NCBI GenBank assembly: GCA_004431415.1
Contig: QPMI01000161.1
Span: 148,461 to 212,460 of the forward strand
Direction of reading: 5' to 3'
Source: Cyanophora paradoxa CCMP329
Lineage: Eukaryota; Plantae; Glaucophyta
Length of the DNA: 64,000 nt
Made by a program: the position numbers and the translations under genes. Under the pieces are notes generated by a model. That model was not told the origin of the DNA and searched no databases. It saw only the letters and a program-made list of their open reading frames with translations. The first letter of the stretch is position 1. Each line of letters begins with the position of its first letter. Below, piece by piece: positions 37,103 to 49,011 of the stretch.

Positions 37103-39017
37103 ATGTACGAGGTGGTGCGGCTGCGCTCGGAGCGGCGTCGGCGGACGGCCGTCGAGGTCCTTGACGCGCTCGGACGATCTCCGCCGCCCTCCCCGGCTCC
37201 GCGTGAAGGAGAGCGTTGGTGGGATCAGTACGACAACGCCGCGCGCGGAGGCGCAGACGAGGACAGCGAAGAACGAACGTCGCGCAGCGCTCGCACGGAG
37301 AGCGACGTGTACGAGTCCGGCGAATCCGCGAAGCGGGCGCGGGTCGGCGGCAGCGCAGAGTGTACGCGCGATTCGGAGCGGAGCCTCCAGGGCTCCTCTG
37401 CCGGCCCTGGAGGAACCTCCACAGCCAATGCTCTTGGTGTGTACCGGCCCCGCCTCGGCAGCTCGCAGGCTCGGCCGCGGTCCTCGATCACTTCCGCTTT
37501 CGAATTCAGCTGACTGGCTGTGCGGCAGCGCGCGCAAGAGAGCACACGGGCACGACCTCGACACAGCTGCTCGACAGACCGAAGAACGACTACAGCCTGC
37601 ACTTCGTGACGAGCGGGCAGCGGCCGCAGAACTTCGTGCGGGACGCCGACATGCACGATCGGTTGGAGGAGTACCCGAAGCTGCGCGAGCTGTTCACGCT
37701 CAAGGAGGAGATCTACAAGCGCACGGCCCCGCCGCCCTTCTACCTTCAGTGCGACCTCCGCACATTTGATCTCGCCTCTCTTTCCCTCAAGTTCGACGTG
37801 ATCCTCGTCGACCCGCCCTGGCCCGAGTGCGCGCGCTCGCCTGTGCGCACGCTCGACCCGTCCGCTCACATTCCGGGCAGGTACGCGCGGCGGTATCCCG
37901 GCCTGGTCACGGACAGCTGGAGCTTCGAGGAGATGGCGCGCCTGCGGATCGACGCCGTCGCCGACAGCGTGCGCTCCCTCCCGCGCTCCTTCGCCTCCCG
38001 TTGCCCGCGGCCGCCTTCCGAGCCTCTCTGCAGCGCTGCTTCCTCTTCCTGTGGGTCGGCAGCAGTGAGGGCTTGGACCACGTGCGCGCGCCCCGCCTCG
38101 GGCCTCCTGCCGCTTTTCCCCCTCGTCACCCCCGTGTTCCGCCCCCAGGGCCGGCAGCTGATGCGGCGGTGGGGCTTCCGCCGCTGCGAGGACGTCTGCT
38201 GGCTCAAGACGAACGTTCGCCGCACCGACTCACGCGTCGTCGACCACGACAAGGAGAGGCGCGTATCCCTCCTCGAACTCCCCCCTCCGTCGGCCTCACC
38301 CCCCGTGCAGCGTTCTGAAACGGGTAAAGGAGCACCTGCTGGTGGGTATCCGGGGCACGGTGCGGGGCGCCGCGGCGGGGTCCGGGGGCGGCCTCGTGAA
38401 GGGCGGCCCCCGGGGCCAGGTGCGGCGCTCGACGGACGGCGACTTCATCCACGCGAACGTCGACACCGACATCGTCATCGCCGAGGAGCCGCCCCACGGC
38501 TGTCCGCCCCGCCCCGCCCCGCCCCGCCCCGCTCCGCGCTGCGCCCCCGCCTCGAGGGCTCTCGGCGCTAGCGAGCTTCAGCTTCCAGTTGAACTGACTC
38601 TCTTACGAACTCCGCCCATATTATAAACTGAACGTTTCAGAAGTATAGCCGCGGCCGCGCCACCGCGCCCGCCCGCTTAGTCGCCGCAGCGCTGCGGAAG
38701 CCGGAGGAGGTGTACCACGTCGTCGAGCACTTCTGCCTCGGGCAGCGCCGCCTCGAGCTCTTCGGCGAGGCCCGTGCTTTGCCGCCACCCCTCCCGATCC
38801 CCTTCTAGTGTTGACGCGGGCGGCGCAGACGCACAACATCCGGCAGGGCTGGCTGACGCTGGGGCGCGACCTTGTCGGCTCGAGCTTCAGCCGCCCCGCC
38901 TACCTCGCCGCCCTCGAGCGGGCCGGCCCGCGCGTCCCCACCACGCCCCAGATCGAGGCCCTCCGCCCCAAGTCGCCCCCTCGCGGCGGGCCCCGCCTCG
39001 GCGCCGGCCCCAAGTAG
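37103..39017 (+). CDS. METTL14: MT-A70 family m6A writer subunit METTL14/MTB, multi-exon
   Basis: [100 protein letters not shown]. Confidence 0.93.
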
Positions 39018-39078
39018 CAGCGGGAAGGCTTAGCCAGGATTTGAAGTAAGAGAGAGCAGGTCCTTCGGCTGGCTGGAG

Positions 39079-41047
39079 CTAGACGAGGAGGTAGGAGACG
39101 AGGGCCTGCTCGCGGGCGGTGGCGTCCGAGTGCCACTTCTCCACGATGGCGCGGAGCAGCGGGTCCCCCCGCCGCCCGCACATCACGTCCTGCATCGCCC
39201 GGTACCCCAGCAGCCACGAGTCGTCCGCCGACCGCGGCCGCCGGTTCATCTCGTAGTCGTCGTGCCACATCTGCGCGCGCGAGCCCCCGGACTCTTCTTC
39301 GCTGCGGAGGGGTGCGCAAATGAACTTCCAAACGCACGCGGCCGGAGAGGGTCACGAGGAGGTCGTCGCCCATGAAGAAGCACGCGTAGCTGTACCCCCC
39401 GTCAGAACGAGGGAGGGCTCCGGTAAAAGAAGAGGCGGGCGGAGGGCGTGGAAATAAGCACAAGAAGACTAGGGGGTAGATCTTAAAATCACAGAGAGAG
39501 ATAGATTCGCCGGATCTCGGGAGGCTCATAAGCGTGGGACAAGCTCAAGAGCGTAGACAGCTACACGCGCGAGCTGGGGCAAGGGGCTGGGGATGCGGAC
39601 CCGAGGGCGTGGAGGTAGGCGACGGCGTCCCTGAGGCGCTCGGGGGGCATCTCCGCCACCGACGCCGCCTCCGCCCGCTCCCCGAGGAACAGGTCCCCCA
39701 CGTAGTCTGCGCCCCCGGGGGCACTCAATTCCTCGGTGTGCGTTCGGGGGGCGCCGCGGCGCGCACCGCTCCACTGCGGCCCGTACTCGAAGAAGAGTAC
39801 GGCGATCCGGCGGCGGGAGAGGAGCTCCCGCATACCCCGCAGCGCCGGCGCCTCGTACCCCTGCCGGACTGTTTCGAGAAGGGGAGGAAGCAGGAGGCCT
39901 GTACCCCCACCTCGATGTCCATCATGACCATGTCGAGCTCGGGGGCCCGCGGGTCCCCCGTCGGGTCGGCCGGAAGCGCCCCAGGTACCGCCTGCGCCAC
40001 GTACGAGTCCAGACGGACCGCCGTGTCCTGCAGTGGGCTCGATCTGGGGCGGGAGATTTGAGGGGGGGCGGGGCGGGCGGGCCATTCGGATGGCGCCGGT
40101 GCGCTCGGTGAGGACCCCGTTCGCCCGGTCGACCTGCAGCTGACCCGCAGTCCTGCGGCCCCCGTCGCCCCGTCCCGCAAGAAGGGGATGGGGAGGGGTT
40201 CGCACCATCGGGAGCAGCTCCCGCTGTCTGCGCGCGGCGCGGGCCGGTCGGCGGGAGGGCCGGCGAGCCCTTCATAGGGATCGAATCACATGTCGCGCAC
40301 CGCACATGGTGGCGGTGCCGTCGCGCTCAGAGACCGCCTGCGAGAGCGATCAAATGAGCGGGGGCCAGGAGCGCTGGCGCTCTAGGGGCGAGCGGCGCGC
40401 CTTTGGGACGAGCACGACGGTCCCTGCGGCGATCTGCGTGCGGTACTTCTGCTCCAGGTGCGGAATCCAGCGCGGCGCCGGCTCGAAGGTGTGGATGGCG
40501 CCCGCGAAGCCCGGCCACAGCTTCAGCACCTCGTCGATCTCGTCGCCCTCTTGCGGCTTCGGGAACGAAGGCGCCTTCAGCACGCGCGCGTCTACGACAC
40601 TCACACAGCGAGGCGACACGGCTGTAAGCAGATTACGGCTCGCGGACGCACGCCGAGGCTGAAGAAAGTCATCGCGTCGGGGCGGAGCTCCCGAAAGATC
40701 GGCAGGAGCTGCCGCAGCGGGCGTAAGCGCATGAAAACAGGCAGGACAGGGCGATGATATGCGAGATTGTACCTTCCGCTTAGGCGCGTGCCTGCCTGGG
40801 CCGTACCTGCGAGCGCGTCAGCGCGTGCTGGCCCGAGCGCGGCGTACGTTACTACTACTAGCCTGTCCCGGTTTGCGAAAAGGAAGGCGACGTTGGCGTC
40901 CCGGATCCGGCTTATCTCCTTGACGGGGATGCCGAGCTGAGGGTCAAAGGCGCCCTCTTCTGTCGCGCCGGCCTCCCCCGCGGTGAGCGGGAGCAGCGTT
41001 GCCACCGCGAGCACGGCGACGACGAGCGCTAAGCGTCGCCAGGCCAT
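39079..41047 (-). CDS. FkbM-family SAM methyltransferase with a signal peptide/anchor, multi-exon
   Basis: Hydrophobic N-terminus; IHTFEP, VRLDSYV, DMVMMDIE/GYEAPALRGMRELL..FFEY, GYSYACF. Confidence 0.75.
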
Positions 41048-41185
41048 TTGCGGCTCGGCGGCTCAGCTCAGCAAGCAGCGAGCTGAGCGCCGAGCTCGGC
41101 TTGCTGGGTACGCCGGTTTGCAGCGGTCGGAAGTCGAGACCCGCATCAGATCACTGGCCGCGTCTTCCAGGCGCTTTTAGCGGCG

Positions 41186-42209
41186 ATGGGCAACGCGTCG
41201 GCGCACGCGGAGGGCGAGCGGGCAAGCTCGCCAAAGCGCGACGCAAACGACAGCCGCGGCGAGCGGATATTCGACAAAGCGATGAAGGACGCGTGTTGGA
41301 GCAAGGTATGCTGCGATCGCTGCGCGCTGCAGACCGCCATCCGACGCCTACGCAGGCCACGACAATCGCAGGCCGCGACCCGCAGCGCTGGCGGCTGGAC
41401 GCCGTCGGCAACATCGTCTGCAAGAAGCTGACTTCGTGTGAGGGTTGCCTCTGTGAGTCCTCGCCGTTCACGCCGTGTGCCGTTGCTCACCGCCGCGCGC
41501 GCGCAGGCCACGAGTACGATCACATCACTCCGTACAGCAAGGGCGGCAAGACGGAGCTGTCCAACTGCCAGATCCTGCAGACACGAGTCAACCGGTGTGC
41601 CTTCGAATTCCAGCCCTGACGCTCTCCGTGGGCTCGCGTGAGCTGGCTCTGCAGGTTCAAGGGGAACAAGATCCTCGAGGGCGAGGAGCTGCGCAAGTTC
41701 TCGTGCGATCTGAACCTCACAGGTGGGCGCTTTCGCTCCCGCTTCCGCTCCCGCTTGCGCTCGCCCATGCCGCTGCGCCGGCGCCTGCAGAGCGGGACCT
41801 GGACGTGGTCGAGATGGCTGTCTACGGGAACATTAGGCGGGTGGGCCTCGTCTGCAAGGTGCCCACCCTCGAGGAGATCCAGGTTCGCTCGTACCCCCCG
41901 CCCACGCCCCGCCCCGCCGCCCGCCCCCCTGCCTTGTGAAGCCCGCCCCAGAGTGGCAATGCGAAGGACCCGTGCCGTTTGCCAGACCCAGAGAAGGAGG
42001 GAGCGGGCCGCGTCATTGGGCAGGAGGGCTTCATTCAGTCGCTGTGGCTAAACGTCGCGGGTTTCTTTTACTTTGGGCCCTTCTCGGGATCGGACTCGAG
42101 CCGGCGGCGCCACCGCCACCGCCACCGCAAGTTCAGGCCCGAGCAGCAGCAGCACCAGGACGGCGCGTACTTCCGCGGCCGCGCCCGCCACCTCAAGAAG
42201 TACCAGTGA
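41186..42209 (+). CDS. HNH endonuclease family protein (plant/algal conserved type), multi-exon
   Basis: CWSK/ATTIAGRDPQRWRLDAVGNIVCKKLTSCEGCL/CHEYDHITPYSKGGKTELSNCQILQTRVNR/FKGN. Confidence 0.9.
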
Positions 42210-42436
42210 AGGCGGCAGCGGGCGGGGCGGGGTAGCTGGGAGTGTTCGTGTGCGTAGGAGGGGGGCAGTGGACTGAGCTATATTGAAGTATAATCAACCC
42301 GTACCGCTTAATTAGAACTGGAGGCTACAGCCCTATGGCTACAGCCGGGCCAGGTGCTCGGGCTTGAAAAGAAACTCGGATTCGAAAAGGAAACGGAATG
42401 CGAGCGCTCAAGCTTCCCTCCGGGGCCAAGCTAGCT

Positions 42437-45400
42437 CTAGATCTGCCCACGGCCGCGCGAGGACGGCCCCGCGGCAGGGGTGCCGGGGCCAGCCGGCGCA
42501 TCGGCCTCTTCGGGCTCGAATCCGGCGGCGGAGAGTATCGCCCTTCCGAAGGCCTGCGTGACCGCCGGGCAAACCATGTTCCTGCGCGGCGGGGGCGGGG
42601 GGACGGGTCGCATGGAGCTCAAGGGAGCAGAGCTCGAGGGGGGAAACGGAAGGGCCGGGCGCACCCCACAAGGCGAAAGTGGATCTTGCTCAACCGCCCC
42701 ACCAGGGTGGCCTATGCGCGACGGGCCTCTCCGAGTGAGCGACGCGCAGAGCGGGCGAGCATGTGAGCGGCTCGCAATCGTGCACACCCAGTCGGGAACG
42801 CCGAACCCGCGGAGGCGCTCGCGGAGGGTGAGGGGCCGGTTCCCCTCCGCCCAGTGGCGGACGCAGCCTTTGCTTGTGGTGATGGTGAGGAAGGGCCTGT
42901 CCGGCGCCGCGACAGCCTTGCGCTTCTTCTCGACCGCATCCTCGTCGCCTTGCCTGTCTTCTTCCCCGAGGTGGAGTTCTGGAAACGTCGTACCCGCCGA
43001 CTGGCCTCGCCGCATCTCCTCCTGAAAGGTCCCCTCGGGGGTCCCGTAGTCGACCGCCAGCAGATCCTGTACCCCCGCCTCAGAATTGGATCGAGGAGGC
43101 TAGGCGAGGCCGGGCGGGCGGGTGCACGGAAATGGCGTCGCGGGCGGTGACGGCAGGCGGGAGATACGCCTTGCGCCTCTCGAGGTCATCGAAGTCGGGC
43201 AGGATCTCTCCGAGCTCGAACGCCTTCAGGTTCAGCTGCATCGGCCGGCTCTCCTGACGCCTGTCCCCGCTCACTCGGCGGGGCCCGTGCGCGGCCGCGT
43301 CGGCGGCAATGGCGGCGACGCACCATGGCCAGTAGTGGCTTTCCGCGGGCCGCGGGGGCAGCTCGCAGTCGAAGCGCGCCCCGGCGACGAAGCAGCGCCA
43401 GCGGTTCTGCGGCGCCCCGTAGTGCGAGGCCAGGAACAGCCCCGTCCTCGTCTGGAAGCCGTGCTGGTGGGGAGGAAGGAATCAGGGGCCGCGCTCGGGG
43501 AAGCGCCCTGGGGGCGCGGGCACCCGGTGGAGAAGATGGATGAGGGCGAGGTAGAAGACGGAGAGCTCGTTCTGGTTCGTGTTGATCAGGAAGCGGGGCA
43601 CCTGCGGCGCGGCGCGGCTGAGCTCGGGGACAGAAAGGAGAACGGCGGCACAAGGCGCGCACCTCCTCGAAGAGGAAGAAGGGGGCCCCCCGGAGCACCG
43701 CCAGGTCCACGGTGTCCCGGATCAGCCGCAGGAGGGACGCCGGCTTGTCGGCGGGGCTCGCCTCCTCCTCCTCCCCCTCCCCCTCATCCCCCTCCTCCTC
43801 CTCCTCCTCCCCGCCCTCCTCGTCGCTTCCGTCGCCCCGGGCGCGGCCGCGGCCGAGGTCCGCCACGCGGTTTTTCCCCGTCGTGTTTGCCGCCGAGAAG
43901 GCCTGGCTGCGGGCACGCTCAGATTGGAGGGGCCTGGCAGCAGGGGAGCGGGGCGGGCCGGCGGGCGCACCAGGGGAGGCTCGCGAAGAAGAGGAGGGGG
44001 CCCTCCTTGGGGAGCCCCGCGAGGTTGACGCCGCGCGGCTCGAGATCGGGGGAGGAGGCGGAGGCGGCGGCGAGGCGCCTGAAGTGCTCGGCGACCTCCT
44101 CCACCGTGCCCCGCACCGCCGCGAAGCTCGGGCACCGCGTCTCCTCCCGACGCACCTGCCACGCCCGCTCCAGGTTCCTGCCCCCGCGCGCCGGTCGTCT
44201 GCGGTTGCAGGGGCGGGCGCGCGCGGGGGGAGGGGCGGCGGGACCTGCGATAAGAGCTGACGGCGTCTGCTGAGGAGTCGATGGAAAGGCCCGGGGCCAT
44301 CCCCGCGGAGGAAAGGCCGAGCGACGCGCCGCCGGCCCCGCAGAAGGCGTCGTCGAAGAGGGGCGGGTCCCCGGCCCTCCGCCCCGCCCCCGGCCGCCTC
44401 ACCTCCCCGATCTCCCGCGCCCCCTGCCCGAGAGCACAAGAAGAGATCAGCGCCGACAGAGCCGCGGCTGCAGCGAGCGCACGTCGGGGATCCTGAACTC
44501 GAGCTTGGCGGGGGTGACGGCGTAGCGGCAGTAGGGGCGCCCGCGCCCCGCCAGCGCCCGCCTCGCCGCCTCGGGGTCCTCTCCCGCCCGCGTCCGAAGC
44601 AGCGCCACCGCCGGCTGCGCGCGCGCACGCCCCGCGCTCAGCGACGGCGTGGTCTCCGCCCACGTGATCGGGATCCGCCGCACCGGGTCCCTGTGGAAGC
44701 GGTCGAAGAGGACGTAGCGGCGGGCCTCGCGGAGCTTGAGGTCGCAGCGCGAGTCGAAGTGGAGCTCGTTCGCGTCCTGCCGCGCGCGCGCGCGCGCCGA
44801 TCGGCTACCGCCGCAGGTGCGATCGGGCGTGGGCCGGGCGCGCGCGCTCACGTAGTCGGCGCCGACGGCCTGGAGGGCATCGTCGAGGCGCGCGAGGAAG
44901 GCGCGGAAGCGGGCGGCGCCCTCGGCCTGCTCCGCGAGCAGCGCCCCGTCCTCGTCCCGCTTCGACAGGTGGTGCGCCAGGCCCTTCAGCGAGTGGAACT
45001 ACGCCCCGCCCCGCCCCGCAGCCGTCAGCGCGCGCGAGGCTCAGATCGATCAGATCTGAGCGGACCCACTGGAGCTTGACGAGCACGACCTCCTCGTCTT
45101 TCCCGCCCTCGGCGGCGCCCTCCTTGGGCCGGCGGCGCGTCCGCCTCGTGACCGTGATCTGCCGCGCGCTCGCGGTCAGCGGTATCGATCGGGTGCCAAG
45201 GGGGAGAGACGTATGCCACAAAGAACTCGAGGCCGGGAGCGCACCTCGCGGACGACGCCGTAGTTGAGCTCGTCGCCCGAGGCCGCGTCGCAATACGTCG
45301 GGACGACGTCGCCGACGGCCACGACGCCCTCCCCCTTGCCCTTCTCCAGCCGGTAGCGCAGCGCGGGGAAGTAGCGGCGCGCGCGCCCCAGCTCCCGCTC

Positions 45401-48400
45401 GCGGCCCGCCTCCTCTGCCCGTGTATGCTGCCGGCTGTACGAGCGTTCCTCCTCCTCGTTAGGCCACGAGCTGAAGTCAAAGCCGTGGCGGGGCGGCGCC
45501 CGCTTGGCCCGGAGGCGCGCCGCCTCGCGCGCCGCCTCGCGCGCCGTCGCGAAGGCCTCGCCCTCCGCCGCCACCTCCTCGCCCCAGTCCTCCTCCTCCT
45601 CCTCCGCATCCCCGCCCGCATCCTCCTCCTTCTCTTCTGCCGTCTCCCCCTCCTTCTCGTCCGTGTCCGCCTCCCCCTGCCGCCTCCGCGGGGCCTTCTT
45701 CCCCTTCTTCGCCTTCTGCGGTCGTCTCGGGCCGCCCTCCTCCGCCCCGCGGCTGGGCGGGCCCGAGCCGCCGGTATCCGGCGGCTTCTCCGCCAGCCTG
45801 CTGATCCTCGCGGCGGCCTCCACCCTCGCCGCTCGCGGCGTCCGCCCCTCGCGCGGCGGCAGGCCCTCGAACCGCTTGCCGAGGGGCCGCGCCGCCCCCT
45901 TGCGGCCCGCCGGGCGGGGCCCCGCGCCGTCCGCCGGCTCTGGCGGGGACGAGGGGCCGGCGCCATCGCCGCCGCTGGCCGGCGCGGGGGCGGGGACCGG
46001 GACCGGGGCCCCCGCCTCGTCGTCGAAGGCGCCCGGATCGAGGCTGCCGAAGGAGTGCGGAATGGACGGCAGGCTGCCGCCCTCCTCCTCGTGCCGCTCC
46101 TCTTGCCCCTCCTCCCCACCGAGCTCCTCCTCTTCGTACCTCTCCTCCTCTTCCTCCTCCGCGTCGATGATGGCAGTCGGGGCGTCGGGCGAGCCCGGGC
46201 GGGCGCCGGCTGCAGGGCCGTCGTCGTCCTCCTCCTCGAGGCAGATGGCCGACTGCCGGCTCTTCCCGTCTGCCGCCTCCGCACCGGCGACACCCGCCTT
46301 CGCCTCTCCCTCCTGCTCCTCCTCCTCGCCGGCCGATTGCGCCGCCACCGCCGCTGCGCCGCCGCCGCCGCCGCCGCCGGCCAAGAACGGAGCCCGCTGC
46401 GGCTGCTGCCCCTCCTCCTCCTCTCCGTCCTCGCCGGGCTCGCTGGCGCTGCGGCTCGGGTCGGAGTGGTAGGAGGCGCCGTCCTCGTGCACGCAGAAGT
46501 CGACCCGCTCCAGCGGCATCTCCGCGAAGGCCCCGCAGAAGCGCCCCAGCGCGCTGTTGTAGCGCAGCGCCCGCCTCCCCACCGCCTCGCACTGCCGCCC
46601 CCCCTCCCGCTGCCCCGCCGCCGCGCGCCGCCGGCGGCCGGCGCGGTTCGTGCAGGCGGGGCAGGGCGGGACGTCGTCGGGGGGGCCGTACTCGAGGCAG
46701 GGCCGCCCCTGGAGCCTCCCCACGAGCGCCTCCCTCGCCATGCGGGCCGCCAGCCGCCCGCTCGGGATCGCTGCCACCGCCGCCGGCGCCGGCGCCGGCC
46801 GCTCCCCGCTGCGGCTGGAGCTCGTCCCCGCCGCCGGAGCCGGAGCCGGCGCCTCCTCCTCGCCCGCGCCGGCACCCTCGCCCTCGGGCCCCGCCTCCTC
46901 GCCGTCCATCGCCCCCTCATCCCATCCCCCGTCCTCGCCTTCCTCCTCCTCCGCCCCGCCTCCGTGCCGCCAGCCGTCTTCGTCGTCCACGTCGGCCGTG
47001 CTGGGGGCCACGGGCGCGTAGCGTGGCTCGTAGGGGGCCGGCGGGCGGCGGCGGCGCCCCGGGCGGGGCGGCGCGTCGACGTCCTCGCTCGCCTCGCTCT
47101 CGCCGTCGGAGACGTCCGCCGCCGGCTGCTCCTGCGGCGGCTGCTGCTGCTGGACGGCGCCGGCGCGGGAGGGGGCGGGGCGGGGCCGGCGCGGGCGCGG
47201 CGGCGGGCCGCGCCCCTTCTCCTCCTCCTCCTCCTCCGCGCCCTCTTCCAAATCGATCACGTCGGGCGGGACCGTGGCCGGGGCCGCTGCAGCCGCCCTC
47301 CACGGCTGCTGCTCGCGCTCCGCAGCTCTGCCGTCGCCGCCGGCGCCGACACTCTCTGGGGCTTGCTGCTGGGCCACTGGCTCATCGACGTCCATGGCCG
47401 GCGCCGCGGTCGCCTCGCCCTCCTCCTCCTCCCTCACCGACCGCCCCGCCGGCGGCTGCTCGGAACTGAAGCCTTCGTCAAAGGATGCGCGCCGCTGGGC
47501 CGAGCCGAAGGCCGCCCCCGCCGGCCCCCGCCGGCCCCGCTTCGCCCTCGGCGCTCCGTCCCCGCGTCGTCGCTGCTCGCATGGGGTGCCCGCCGCGCCG
47601 GTGGCGCGGGCCCCCGGGGCGCCCGGGAGCCTCGCCCGGACGGTGAGCTGGCGGGCGGGGGGCGGGGTCGCCTCCGGCTCGTCGAACTCGAAGGGGTCCG
47701 CCCCCCGCCCCGGCCCAGCCGCCCCCTCACCGAGCGCCCCGCCATTCTGCGCGGCGGCGGCGGCAGCAGCAGCAGCAGCGGAGGGCCCGGCATCCGGTTC
47801 CTCCTCCGACTCCTGGGGTGGCGACGGGGACCGCCGCCGGGCGGAGGGGCCGGGGGCGGGAGACGAGGAAGCTGGCGCCGGCTGCGGCGAGCGTGGCTCG
47901 CCGCGCTCAGAGGAGGATGAGGAGGAGGAGGAGGAGGCCGCTGCGGGTCCGGCGCGTGCGGAGGAGGACGCCGGAAGCACATCGGTGCTGCTCCTCCGCG
48001 GGGGGGACGCGCTCGGGCGCGAGGCCGGGAAGGCGGCGGCGGGGGCCGGGGCCGCCTCCTCCTCCTCGCTGGTGAGGTCGATCACGCTGCCGGCGACCTC
48101 CGATCCGCCTCCGCCGCGCTGCTCGCCCTCCGGCGGCGGCGGCGGCGGCGTACCCGCCTCATCGGGCTGGGCCCCGCCCCCGGCGCCAGCGCCCGCCTCG
48201 AGCTCCGGCCGCAGCGCTTGCTCCAGCCGTCGGCGCTTCGCCCGGTGCGCCGCCAGCAGCTCTGCGCACGTACGGTCAGAAGGGGTCGGCTCCCGCGCAA
48301 GCTCGAGGCGCTGAGCCCGCGCGCGCGCGGCCGCCGCGGACCGTCGAACGCGCGGTGGATGCCGCGCACGACGCCCGGGTTCCCGTCAAAGTGCTCCGCA

Positions 48401-49011
48401 GCGACTCTCCGTGCCGCGCCGGCTGCCCGTCCGTCAGGAACGGGGGCGAACGCGGGCGGCAGGCAGGGATGAGGAGGGGCGGCGACGCGAACGGACCTGC
48501 CTCGAGCGGGAAGAACATCATCACGTGGACCAGGGTGGAGTCCACCTGCTGCCCTTGGAGAGCGAAGCGGCACTCGTCTAGAATGCTATCATAGTTTGGC
48601 ACGAAGCATCTGGGCGACCGCGGGTCCGGTCAGCCAGCATGCGCCCGCGGCCGCGCGCTGCCGCGGCGCACCGGCCGTTGGAGTCCAGGAGTAGGACGAG
48701 CGTTGTTTCCTCGTCAAACGTTCCGCAAAACAGCCCTGATGCGCACCAGGGATTGCATGCTTGCTCTGCGAGACAGGGCGGAACTTGAACATCAGCGCCA
48801 GGCCTAGGAGCGCCGGTCGCGGACAGTTCAGGGTGTCCGGCCAGCACCGCCAGGGCGGAGACATACCTAATATCATGTGTGCTTCGGGAAGAAGATGCGC
48901 GGCGTCCGGCGTAGGCCACCGCCGCACTTGCAGACTGTCCAAGTCGCCCTCGGTTCGCTCCGGAGAGCTGGCGGCGATGGGCCCGAAATTCAAAGGCTCG
49001 ATCTCAGTCAT
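42437..49011 (-). CDS. Large C5-cytosine DNA methyltransferase with a BAH-like domain and long acidic N-terminal region, multi-exon; start approximate
   Basis: Motif I DAFCGAGGASLG, motif IV ASLP-C/QAFS (split by an intron), motif VI FLFEE/VPRF, motif VIII YGAPQNRWR, RPLTLRERLRGFGVPD, motif X VG/NMV. Confidence 0.85.

Noticed and set aside
41186-42209. HNH gene as a homing endonuclease or transposon (IscB-like)
   Set aside because: It has spliceosomal introns, matches a conserved cellular HNH type, and shows no RuvC motifs or element ends
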